From: an uncultured Acidobacteriota bacterium
Lineage (GTDB): Bacteria; Actinomycetota; Acidimicrobiia; Spongiisociales; ZC4RG35
Assembly (NCBI GenBank): GCA_963780755.1
Contig: CAWACX010000001.1
Location: forward strand, 467,514-531,513
DNA: 64,000 nt
Direction of reading: 5' to 3'
Shown: piece after piece, positions 8,621-16,736 of the stretch
Numbering within the stretch: position 1 is the stretch's first letter
How the letters are laid out: each line of letters begins with the position of its first letter
Translations under genes and position numbers: made by a program
The notes under the pieces: model-generated
Told to the model about the DNA's origin: nothing
What the model saw: only the letters and a program-made list of their open reading frames with translations
Databases searched by the model: none

Positions 8621-9736
8621 GTGAGGCCGACGGCCACCTCTCCAGCCATGATTCGCCTCGAGGCCGTGACCAAGGTCTTTCCCGGCGCCTCGAAGCCTGC
8701 CGTCGACGAGCTCACGCTGGAAGTGGGGAACGGGGAGTTCGTGACCCTGGTCGGGCCCTCCGGCTGCGGAAAGACCACCACTCTCAAGATGATCAACAGG
8801 ATCATCGAGCCAACCTCGGGCCGGATCCTCCTCGACGGCCGGGACGCCCTGGCGACGCCGCCGCACGAGTTGCGACGATCGATCGGATACGTGATCCAGC
8901 AGATCGGGCTCTTCCCACACCGGACCATCGCACAGAACATCGCCACGGTCCCCGGGCTCCTGGGGTGGGAGCAGGGGATGATCGACGAGCGAGTGCGCGA
9001 ACTGGCGGCGGTCGTGGGGCTGGATCCGGAGATGCTCGACAGGTACCCGGCCGCGCTGTCCGGAGGCCAGCAACAGCGAGTCGGAGTGGCGCGCGCCCTT
9101 GCCGCCGACCCTCCGGTCCTGCTCATGGACGAGCCTTTCGGCGCCGTCGACCCGATCGTCCGCAAGCGCCTCCAACACGAGTTCCACGACCTTCAGGCGA
9201 GGCTGGGCAAGACCGTGGTGTTCGTCACCCATGACGTGGACGAAGCGATCCTCCTCGGCGATCGGATGGCGATCCTCAACGTCGGCGGGGTCCTCGAGCA
9301 GTACGACGAGCCGGCGTCGATCCTCGCCAATCCGGCCAACGCCTTCGTCGAGGACTTCCTCGGCGGGGAGCGGGGCCTGAAACGCCTCGCCCTTCTTCCC
9401 GTGGGCGAGGCCGGGATGAGAAGAGGGCCGGTGGTCGACATCACCGCTACACCGGGAGAGGCACGGGAGGTGATGGATTCGGAGGCGGTTGACTGGGTCG
9501 GGCTCCTCGACAACGGCCGGCTTCTGGGGTGGGTGGACGCCTCCGAGATCGGTTCCGGGCCACTGAGCGACCTCGACCCAAGGCCATTCCTGGTCACTCT
9601 GAGCAGCGGTGCGTCATTGCGCTCTGCACTCGATGCCGTGGTGACCGGTCACGCCCGGGTGGCGATGATCGTCGACGACGGGATGTACCAGGGGATGCTC
9701 GACCTGGAGGGCATTGCCGAGGAGATAACGGAATGA
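8621..9736 (+). CDS. Osmoprotectant (glycine betaine/choline type) ABC transporter ATP-binding protein with a C-terminal CBS pair
   Basis: Walker A is GPSGCGKTT, the ABC signature is LSGGQQQRVGVARAL and Walker B is LLMDEPFGAVD. The CBS-like tail resembles OpuCA/YehX. The start could be the GTG at 8621 or the ATG at 8648. Confidence 0.85.
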   Translation: MRPTATSPAMIRLEAVTKVFPGASKPAVDELTLEVGNGEFVTLVGPSGCGKTTTLKMINRIIEPTSGRILLDGRDALATPPHELRRSIGYVIQQIGLFPHRTIAQNIATVPGLLGWEQGMIDERVRELAAVVGLDPEMLDRYPAALSGGQQQRVGVARALAADPPVLLMDEPFGAVDPIVRKRLQHEFHDLQARLGKTVVFVTHDVDEAILLGDRMAILNVGGVLEQYDEPASILANPANAFVEDFLGGERGLKRLALLPVGEAGMRRGPVVDITATPGEAREVMDSEAVDWVGLLDNGRLLGWVDASEIGSGPLSDLDPRPFLVTLSSGASLRSALDAVVTGHARVAMIVDDGMYQGMLDLEGIAEEITE

Positions 9737-10395
9737 TCCTGGCCCAGGAGACCCCTTTGATCGACTGGGATTGGATCTCGCGGAACCTGGGGGAGATCGC
9801 CGACCGCACCTGGGAGCACCTGTCCCTGACCGCGGTGTCGGTCGCGCTCGGGCTCGTCATCTCGCTCGGGCTGAGCGCGATCGTGTTGCGCCGCCGCTGG
9901 ACCTACACCCCGATCACCTGGGTCACCGGCCTGCTCTACACCATCCCCTCGCTGGCGTTATTTGCCCTGCTGGTGCCGATCGTGGGGCTGAACGCGACCA
10001 ATGCGGTCATCGCCCTGACCTCCTACACCCTCCTCATCATCGTCCGAAACCTGGTGGCGGGGATCGACGGAGTTCCCGGCCCGGTGCTCGAGGCGGCCGA
10101 CGGCATGGGGTACACCCGTCGCTCCCGTTTCTGGAAGATGGAGGTCCCGCTCGCCCTACCGGTGATCATCGCCGGATTGCGGATCGCAACCGTGACCACG
10201 GTCGGCCTGGTGACGGTGACTGCAGTCCTCGGCTTGGGTGGCTACGGCTACTTCATCCTGCGTGGGCTCAACACGTTCTTCTGGACCCAGATCCTGGTCG
10301 GGGTGGTGCTCTCGGTCGTGCTGGCCACCGTGCTCGACCTGGGGTTCGTCTGGCTGCAACGCCTTCTCAGTCCCTGGGCGAGGAAGACGGGATGA
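9733..10395 (+). CDS. ABC transporter permease (OpuCB/YehY-like)
   Basis: The ATG at 9733 overlaps the ATPase stop as ATGA. The product MILAQETPLIDWDWISRNLGEI... is polytopic. The longer track ORF starting at 9529 is an off-frame-looking extension. Confidence 0.85.
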   Translation: MILAQETPLIDWDWISRNLGEIADRTWEHLSLTAVSVALGLVISLGLSAIVLRRRWTYTPITWVTGLLYTIPSLALFALLVPIVGLNATNAVIALTSYTLLIIVRNLVAGIDGVPGPVLEAADGMGYTRRSRFWKMEVPLALPVIIAGLRIATVTTVGLVTVTAVLGLGGYGYFILRGLNTFFWTQILVGVVLSVVLATVLDLGFVWLQRLLSPWARKTG

Positions 10396-11078
10396 CGGTC
10401 TGGGAATCCGTCCGAGAGTTCCTCTCCGAGCCGTCGACCTGGTCGGGCCCGAACTCGATCTGGGCCCGCCTCGGCGAGCACGTCCTGGTCTCGGTGGCAG
10501 CCGTGATCATCGCCGGTGTCCTCGTCCTCCCTCTGGCTGTCTGGCTCGGTCACATCCGGAAGGGGGCCGACATCGCGACCGCCGTGGTCAACATCGGCCG
10601 GGCCATCCCCTCCTTCGGCGTCCTGGCGATCGCCTTTCTGATCTTTGTCCAGATCGGCGCCGGGATCGGGGAACCGTGGGCGGTGCTCGTGGCGCTGATC
10701 TTCTTGGCGGCGCCCCCGATGTTCACCAACACCATCGCCGGCATCCAGACGGTCGAGCCGTCGACCCTGGAGTCGGCCCGGGGCATGGGGCTCACCGAGC
10801 GTGAGGTGCTGACCGGCGTGGAGTTGCCGCTGTCCATGCCTCTGATCATGGAGGGGGTGCGCATCGCCTTCGTGCAGGTGATCGCGACTGCCACCCTCGG
10901 TGCGCTCGTCGCCTGGGGTGGCCTGGGCCGGTTCATCGTCGACGGCTTCGCCCAACAGGACGTTGGTGAGCTGATCGTGGGAGCGGTCCTGGTCGGGATG
11001 CTGGCGATCACCGCTGAGCTGGGGCTCTCGGCCACCCAGCGGGCGACTACTCCGCGAGGCTTGCGGGTAAGCAGATAG
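10392..11078 (+). CDS. ABC transporter permease (OpuCD/YehW-like)
   Basis: The ATG at 10392 overlaps the upstream stop as ATGA. The product MTVWESVREFLSEPSTWSGPNSIW... is polytopic and carries an EAA-like loop (ESARGMGLTEREVL). Confidence 0.85.
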   Translation: MTVWESVREFLSEPSTWSGPNSIWARLGEHVLVSVAAVIIAGVLVLPLAVWLGHIRKGADIATAVVNIGRAIPSFGVLAIAFLIFVQIGAGIGEPWAVLVALIFLAAPPMFTNTIAGIQTVEPSTLESARGMGLTEREVLTGVELPLSMPLIMEGVRIAFVQVIATATLGALVAWGGLGRFIVDGFAQQDVGELIVGAVLVGMLAITAELGLSATQRATTPRGLRVSR

Positions 11079-11115
11079 CGGGAATCGCAATTCAACCTTT
11101 ACGGTTTCATTTCCG

Positions 11116-11135
11116 GAGCCCCGGTGACGGGGCTC
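11116..11135 (+). other. GC-rich stem-loop between the last permease gene and the binding-protein gene
   Basis: GAGCCCCG-GTGA-CGGGGCTC forms an 8-bp perfect stem with a GNRA-like loop. There is no U-tract. It lies 27 nt upstream of the ATG at 11162. Confidence 0.4.
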
Positions 11136-11161
11136 TTCACAATCCATAGAAGGAGATACCC

Positions 11162-12067
11162 ATGCGGAGTTTCCGCTTCCGCGCCGTTGGGGCGATCCTG
11201 GGCCTGGCCATTCTGGCTGCGGGCTGCGGGTCGGGTGACGGCGCTACCGATGGTGAGCCGATCAAGGTGGCCTCATTCGGGTTCAACGAATCGGTGATCA
11301 TCGCCGAGATATACGCCCAGGGCCTGGAGGCCGAGGGATACACCGTTGAGCGACACCTCAACCTGGGGAACCGGGAAGTTGTCAAGCCGGCGCTGGAGTC
11401 CGGCGAGATCGACGTCGTCCCGGAGTACATCGGCACCCTGGCCGGATTCCTCGAAGTCGAGGCGTCCGCAGATTCCACCGCCACCTGGGAGGCGGCCAAA
11501 GCCGCTTTCGAGGAGCTGGGGGTGACCCTGCTCGCCTACGGCCCCGCCCAGGACAAGAACGCCTTCGTGGTCACCGCCGAGACAGCATCCGAGCACGGGT
11601 TGACCAAGGTCTCAGACCTGCAGCCGGTTGCCGGTGAGATGATCTTCGGGGGCCCACCGGAGTGCCCGGAGCGGCCGCTCTGCGTCCCCGGGCTGGAAGA
11701 GGTCTACGGGATCACCTTCTCCGAGTTCACGCCTCTCGACGACGCCGGCCCGATCACGATCGCCGCGCTGGAAGGTGGGGAGATCGATGTCGCCCTTCTC
11801 TTCAGCACCCAGGGGATCATCGCCGCCAACGGCTGGGTCGCCCTGGAGGACGACCAGGGCCTGAACCCGGCGGAGAACGTCGCTCCTGCGATTCGAATGG
11901 ATGTGGTCGAGGCCTATGGCGACGAGTTGGTCGCCCTCCTCGAGGCATACACGGCAGCCCTGACCACCGAGGACCTGACCGAGCTCAACAAGCGGGCCGA
12001 CCTCGACCAGGAGGACCCGGCACTGCTCGCCGCGGAGTGGCTGACCGACAACGGGTTCCTCGAGTAG
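11162..12067 (+). CDS. Osmoprotectant-binding lipoprotein (OpuCC/YehZ-like substrate-binding protein)
   Basis: Signal peptide with a lipobox (AILAAGCGSG) and a strong SD (AAGGAG). Its position directly after two Opu-type permeases supports the call. Confidence 0.8.
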   Translation: MRSFRFRAVGAILGLAILAAGCGSGDGATDGEPIKVASFGFNESVIIAEIYAQGLEAEGYTVERHLNLGNREVVKPALESGEIDVVPEYIGTLAGFLEVEASADSTATWEAAKAAFEELGVTLLAYGPAQDKNAFVVTAETASEHGLTKVSDLQPVAGEMIFGGPPECPERPLCVPGLEEVYGITFSEFTPLDDAGPITIAALEGGEIDVALLFSTQGIIAANGWVALEDDQGLNPAENVAPAIRMDVVEAYGDELVALLEAYTAALTTEDLTELNKRADLDQEDPALLAAEWLTDNGFLE

Positions 12068-12082
12068 GGAAATCTGTCACTG

Positions 12083-12120
12083 GCAATTCGTACCTTCTCA
12101 GCTCAGGAGGTGCGAATTGC
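12083..12120 (+). terminator. 16-bp stem-loop after the transporter operon; its 3' arm contains the SD and start of the next small ORF
   Basis: GCAATTCGTACCTTCT-CAGCTC-AGGAGGTGCGAATTGC pairs over 16 bp, including two G-U pairs, with a 6-nt loop. It begins 16 nt after the stop at 12067. No U-tail follows. Confidence 0.45.
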
Positions 12121-12306
12121 TCATCGACTGCCGGCAATGTGCGATGCGGGACACCCATGCCTGTGATGACTGCGTAGTCACCTTTCTCCTGGCCGGGTGT
12201 CCCCTCGAATTGGACGACTCAGAGGTCGGAGGCCCTCGACAACCTGGCCGGTGAGGGCCTGGTGCCCCGACTCCGTCTGGTGCCCGTGGAGAGGAGGACG
12301 GGGTGA
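12117..12306 (+). pseudogene. Small Cys-rich protein (about 62 aa if the frame is repaired), frame broken near 12228
   Basis: A TTG at 12117 lies 6 nt after AGGAGG and gives MLIDCRQCAMRDTHACDDCVVTFLLAGCPLELDDSEV. High GC3 then continues in the +1 frame as EALDNLAGEGLVPRLRLVPVERRTG* ending at 12306. The span is 3n+1. Confidence 0.5.
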
Positions 12307-12335
12307 AGTCCGATCGCCGTTAGCCTCAACAGAGC

Positions 12336-12629
12336 ATGGTCAAGGTCTATGCAATCGCGCTCGCCCTGGGCCTGATCGGCCTCTTGGTGTTGATCCTCGG
12401 CGGTTCTTTCGCCGAGAACACCGGGCACGCCGACCGCGACCCGGGTGTGCGGTGGGGGGCCAACGGCAGGACCGTGATCGGGGCTCTGGTGGGTTTTGGC
12501 ATGGGTGGGATGTCTGCCGAATTCGCCCCTCTCGACTTGAGCTGGCAGGTGGCCCTCTTGCTCGCTGTCGCCGGGGGCATTGGCGGCGCGCTCTGGGCCA
12601 GATTCGGGGCCAGGGTGCCCGAGACTTGA
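12336..12629 (+). CDS. Small membrane protein, about 3 TM segments, function unknown
   Basis: 97-aa ORF with hydrophobic segments IALALGLIGLLVLILGG, VIGALVGFGMGGM and VALLLAVAGGIGGAL. GC3 is good. Confidence 0.6.
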   Translation: MVKVYAIALALGLIGLLVLILGGSFAENTGHADRDPGVRWGANGRTVIGALVGFGMGGMSAEFAPLDLSWQVALLLAVAGGIGGALWARFGARVPET

Positions 12630-13418
12630 TCCTCGCCATCTCCGACGTCCATTTCGCCCTGGACGCGTTGGCGCCGCGTGGTGAACACCGGGCACACGCT
12701 TCTCATCCTCGGCGACCTGGTGAACCTCACCGACTATCGGACCGGCGAAGGTGCTGTCGCCGATGTGCTCGGCATCGACTTCGCCCGGGAGACTTCGGCG
12801 GCCCGAGCGGTGGGTGACTATCAGGGGATGCGTGACCTGTGGTCGGAGCACGTCGGCTCCGGATTCGAGGATGTCAGGTCCCGGATCGGTGCAGCCATCG
12901 ACGCCCAGTATCAGCAGGTGGCAGAAGTGCTCGACGGCGGTCACGGCTTCGTGATCCATGGCAACGTCGATCGCCCGCGGAGCCTGCAGGCCTCCCTGCC
13001 TCCCGGTTTCGAATACGTCCATGGGGAGGTGGTCGAACTGGAGGGTGTGAGGTTCGGCTTCGTCGGCGGGGGTGCTCCGACGCCGCTCCAGGCCGAAGGG
13101 GAGATCGCCGACGAGGAAATGGCCCGGATCCTGGATGGGATGGGCAGGGTCGAGGTGTTGTGCACCCACGTCCCCGCCGCGGTCCCTGCCTTGCGCACCG
13201 ATGTGATCACCGGGAGGGCGGAGCGAGGCTCTGAGGCGGTGCTCGAATATCTGACACGGGAGCGCCCCCGACTCCACCTCTACGGCGACGTGCACCAGCC
13301 GCAAGCAACCACCTGGCGGATCGGCCCTACCCGCTGCCGCAACGTTGGCTATTTCCGGGCCACGGGGCGGGCTCTCCCCCTGGACCCCGCTTGGCTCGCA
13401 AGACCGGGTTCCCACTAG
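12626..13418 (+). pseudogene. Calcineurin-like metallophosphoesterase, frame broken near 12677-12680
   Basis: A TTG at 12626 overlaps the upstream stop (cTTGAtc) and gives MILAISDVHFALDALAP, which carries motif I (DxH). The remaining motifs, LILGDLVNLTDY (GD) and VIHGNVD (GNxD), lie in the 12678..13418 frame. The GC3 switch falls at the junction and the span is 3n+1. Confidence 0.7.
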
Positions 13419-13429
13419 GCTCGAAAGAG

Positions 13430-13867
13430 ATGGCCGAGGGAACCTTTCAGAGCCTGGAGATAGACGCCCCGGCCGAGTTGCTGTACGACACCGCAGCCGA
13501 TATCGCGTCCTATCCCGAGTGGGCAACTGGCGTCAAAGAGGTCGAGGTCCTGGAGCGTGACGCCGAAGGCCAGGTTGCTCGGGCCCGATTCGTGATCGAG
13601 GTCATGGTCAAGGAGATCGAGTACGTCCTCAAATACGACCACGACCGACCCAATCACTTGAGCTGGGTGGCCGAGGACAGTGACGACCTGAAGATGCTCG
13701 AGGGCTCCTACACATTCACTCCGAGCGACGATGCCACCGAGGTCTTGTACGCGTTGACGGTCGAGCCCAACTTCTCGATGCCCGGCTTCCTGATGAGACA
13801 GGCCGAGAAGCAGATCGTGACCACCGCCCTGCGCGGGTTGCGCAAACGGGTGACCGAGAGAGGCTGA
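13430..13867 (+). CDS. SRPBCC (START/polyketide-cyclase-like) ligand-binding protein
   Basis: 145 aa from the ATG at 13430, starting MAEGTFQSLEIDAPAELLYDTAADIASYPEWATGVKEV, a typical SRPBCC N-terminus. The track start at 13391 would overlap the previous gene. Confidence 0.7.
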   Translation: MAEGTFQSLEIDAPAELLYDTAADIASYPEWATGVKEVEVLERDAEGQVARARFVIEVMVKEIEYVLKYDHDRPNHLSWVAEDSDDLKMLEGSYTFTPSDDATEVLYALTVEPNFSMPGFLMRQAEKQIVTTALRGLRKRVTERG

Positions 13868-13870
13868 CCG

Positions 13871-15049
13871 ATGCGGATCATCCTGGTCACCGGCAAAGGG
13901 GGAGTGGGCAAGACCACCGTCGCCGCCAGCACGGCGCTCGCCGCGGCGGATGCCGGATACCGGACGCTGGTGACCTCCACCGACCCCGCCCACTCCCTAT
14001 CCGACGCGTTAATGGTCCCCCTCGGCAGCGACCCGGGCCAGGTGGTTCCCACCCTCGACGGTCAACAGATCGACACCCAGCGACAACTCGACCGTTACTG
14101 GGGCTCCATCCGGCGCCAGCTCATGGACGTCCTCGACTGGGGCGGAGTGGCCGGCATTGAAGCCGAGGAGTTCCTGGTCTTTCCGGGGATGGACGAGTTG
14201 TTCGCATTGCTCGAGGTCAACCGCCACGCCCGATCCGGTGACTACGAGGTGATCGTCGTCGATTGCGCCCCCACCGCGGAGACCCTTCGCCTGCTCTCTC
14301 TGCCTGAGGTGCTCAGCTGGTACTTCGAGAAGGTCCTGCCAACCGAGCGCAAGTTGATGCGCGCCGCCCGGCCGATCCTGAGCCGCCTTACCGATCTCCC
14401 GATCCCCGAGGATGAGGTCTTCACCGCCGCACAGTCGGTCTTCGAGTCGATCGACGGGGTCAAGGCACTCATGTCCGATCCTGGTGTGACTTCGGCCCGG
14501 CTGGTGGTCAACCCGGAGAAGATGGTGATCGACGAGGCGCGGCGCACCTACAGCTACCTCAGCCTCTTCGGGTACGGGGTGGACGGGGTGATTGTCAACC
14601 GGGTGCTGCCCGATGCCGTCTCAGACCCCTATTTCGAACGGTGGCGGGCGATCCAGAAGGGGCACCTCGACACCGTCGAAGACGCCTTCGCCGAAGTCCC
14701 GAGGCTGCTGCTCCGACTCTTCGACGATGAGATGGTGGGCATCGATCGCCTTCGCTACATGGCCAAAGAGCTCTACGGGGACCTGGACCCGATCGCCGAC
14801 TTCGTCGCCACGCAGCCTTTCAGGATCAAGGATGTGCCCGGTGGGGTATCGATGGAGGTCGATATCCCCTTCGTCGAGAAGTCGGACATCGACGTCTACC
14901 GGCACGGACACGAGATCTACATCCAGGTCGGCCCTTATCGCCGTTCGTTCATCCTCCCCGATGCCCTCCATCGCCGTGAGGTGACCCGGGCCCGACTCGA
15001 CTCGGGGACACTGACCGTCTCCTTCTCCGACCCGGACGCCCGGTCATGA
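13871..15049 (+). CDS. ArsA/Get3-family P-loop ATPase with a C-terminal HSP20/alpha-crystallin-like domain
   Basis: Deviant Walker A TGKGGVGKTT followed by STDPAHSLSDAL. The C-terminal beta-rich segment is VSMEVDIPFVEKSDIDVYRHGHEIYIQVGPYRRSFILPDAL...GTLTVSF. Confidence 0.85.
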   Translation: MRIILVTGKGGVGKTTVAASTALAAADAGYRTLVTSTDPAHSLSDALMVPLGSDPGQVVPTLDGQQIDTQRQLDRYWGSIRRQLMDVLDWGGVAGIEAEEFLVFPGMDELFALLEVNRHARSGDYEVIVVDCAPTAETLRLLSLPEVLSWYFEKVLPTERKLMRAARPILSRLTDLPIPEDEVFTAAQSVFESIDGVKALMSDPGVTSARLVVNPEKMVIDEARRTYSYLSLFGYGVDGVIVNRVLPDAVSDPYFERWRAIQKGHLDTVEDAFAEVPRLLLRLFDDEMVGIDRLRYMAKELYGDLDPIADFVATQPFRIKDVPGGVSMEVDIPFVEKSDIDVYRHGHEIYIQVGPYRRSFILPDALHRREVTRARLDSGTLTVSFSDPDARS

Positions 15050-15231
15050 CCGAGCAGTCAGACGTGATCCCTGCCCTTTCCCGCGCTGGTCGCCGGGCCC
15101 TCTATCACCTGGTCCAGGCCGCGGTGGAAGGCCTCAAGGCAGTGGAAGCGGTGATCGAAGAAATAGGCAGCATCGGGGACAGCGAAGACGAGGAGCAGGC
15201 CTCGGCTCGGACCAGGATCGAAGTGGAATGA
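15046..15231 (+). CDS. Small acidic protein, function unknown, translationally coupled to the ArsA-like gene
   Basis: 61 aa with ATGA overlaps at both ends. The product is helical and acidic (AVEGLKAVEAVIEEIGSIGDSEDEEQ). Confidence 0.55.
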   Translation: MTEQSDVIPALSRAGRRALYHLVQAAVEGLKAVEAVIEEIGSIGDSEDEEQASARTRIEVE

Positions 15232-15656
15232 CCGACGAAAAGCCGAGCGTGAGACCCGACGAGATCCTTCCGCCCCAAAGCGTTCCGAGTGACGTGAGGC
15301 GGCTCGCCAAGGACGCCATTCTCGTACTCCCCAACCTCTTGAGGCTCATCGGCCGCCTTCTCAAGGACCCCCGGGTTCCGCGGCGATCGAAAATCGCGCT
15401 CGGCCTGGCATCGGCCTATGTGGTGAGCCCGATCGACCTCATTCCCGAGACGATCCCGGTGATCGGTTGGCTCGACGACGTGTTCGTCCTCGCCTACGCC
15501 CTGAACCGTTTCATCGAGCGCGCCGGGCCCGAGATCGTCGAAGAGTTCTGGGAGGGCGAGGGCGACGTGCTGGGCTGGATTCAGGAAGTGCTCGGACTCA
15601 CCAGCAACCTCGTGCCCCGAAGGATCAGAACGGCGTTGGACCGGCTCGCCGGCTGA
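15228..15656 (+). CDS. DUF1232/YkvA-like membrane protein
   Basis: 142 aa with the characteristic segment PRRSKIALGLASAYVVSPIDLIPETIPVIGWLDDVFVLAYAL. Confidence 0.75.
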   Translation: MTDEKPSVRPDEILPPQSVPSDVRRLAKDAILVLPNLLRLIGRLLKDPRVPRRSKIALGLASAYVVSPIDLIPETIPVIGWLDDVFVLAYALNRFIERAGPEIVEEFWEGEGDVLGWIQEVLGLTSNLVPRRIRTALDRLAG

Positions 15657-15679
15657 CCGCGACGGCTTACGCTTCGGGC

Positions 15680-16705
15680 ATGGCCTTCGAAGACGGCATC
15701 GCCGACTTTCGCTCAGACACAGTCACCAGGCCCACTCCAGCCATGCTCGCCGCCATGGCAAGCGCGCCGTTGGGGGACGACGTCTACGGCGACGATCCGA
15801 CTGTCAATGCCCTCGAACAGGAATCGGCCGAAGCCGTCGGCAAGGAGTCGGCGGTGTTCGTTCCCACGGGGACCATGGGCAATCAGCTCTCGATCATGGC
15901 CCAGACCAGGCCTGGCCAGGAGGTGCTGGCCCACGAGGGAAGCCACGTTCGTAGCATCGAAGCCGGGGCGCCCCAGGCACTGTCCGGAGTCGGGTTTCGC
16001 ACCGTCACCGGTGACGGGGGTCGGATCGAGCCCGACGACATCGAGGCGGCAATGGCGATGAGCGGTTTCTTCCCCCACATCCGGCTAATGGTGTGGGAGA
16101 ACACGCACAACCTCTCGGGGGGCCGGGTCATCCCCATCGACCTCATGGAAAAGACCTCGGCGGTGGCACGCTCCCACGGGTTGGCGATCCATGTCGACGG
16201 AGCCCGCATCTTCAACGCGGTTACGGCGTCCGGGGTCCCCGCCGACCGCTATGCCGCGGTTGCCGACACCATCCAGTTCTGTTTCTCCAAGGGCCTCGGT
16301 GCCCCGGTCGGCTCCATCGTTTGCGGTCCGGGGGACCTGATCAAGGAGATTCGCTACCTGAGGAAGCGACTCGGCGGCGGGATGAGACAGGCCGGGGTGC
16401 TCGCGGCTGCGGCTCGGGTTGCCCTCGCCGAGAGGGAGCGCCTCACGGAGGACCACGTCCTAGCCGCAGAACTCGGCGCCCAACTGGCGGACCGGTTCCC
16501 GGGCGCCGTGGACACCACCACCGTGGAGACCAACATGGTCCGGGTTGACTTGGGTCCGCTCGACATGGAATGGCCCGATGTCGCCTCCCGGCTCGAGCGG
16601 GAGGGGATCAGGGCCAATCCGCCCATCGCCGGCGGGTGGCGGCTGGTGACCCATCGTGACGTCGACAGCGCCGATGTGGGGCGGCTCCTGGCCGCCCTCG
16701 GGTAA
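15680..16705 (+). CDS. ltaE: Low-specificity L-threonine aldolase
   Basis: From the ATG at 15680: MAFEDGIADFRSDTVTRPTPAMLAAMASAPLGDDVYGDDPTVNALE. The PLP-lysine region is FCFSKGLGAPVGS. The longer track ORF starting at 15467 overlaps the upstream gene. Confidence 0.85.
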   Translation: MAFEDGIADFRSDTVTRPTPAMLAAMASAPLGDDVYGDDPTVNALEQESAEAVGKESAVFVPTGTMGNQLSIMAQTRPGQEVLAHEGSHVRSIEAGAPQALSGVGFRTVTGDGGRIEPDDIEAAMAMSGFFPHIRLMVWENTHNLSGGRVIPIDLMEKTSAVARSHGLAIHVDGARIFNAVTASGVPADRYAAVADTIQFCFSKGLGAPVGSIVCGPGDLIKEIRYLRKRLGGGMRQAGVLAAAARVALAERERLTEDHVLAAELGAQLADRFPGAVDTTTVETNMVRVDLGPLDMEWPDVASRLEREGIRANPPIAGGWRLVTHRDVDSADVGRLLAALG

Positions 16706-16736
16706 CCAGGACGTCGCGCGTGGAGTCGGATACCAG

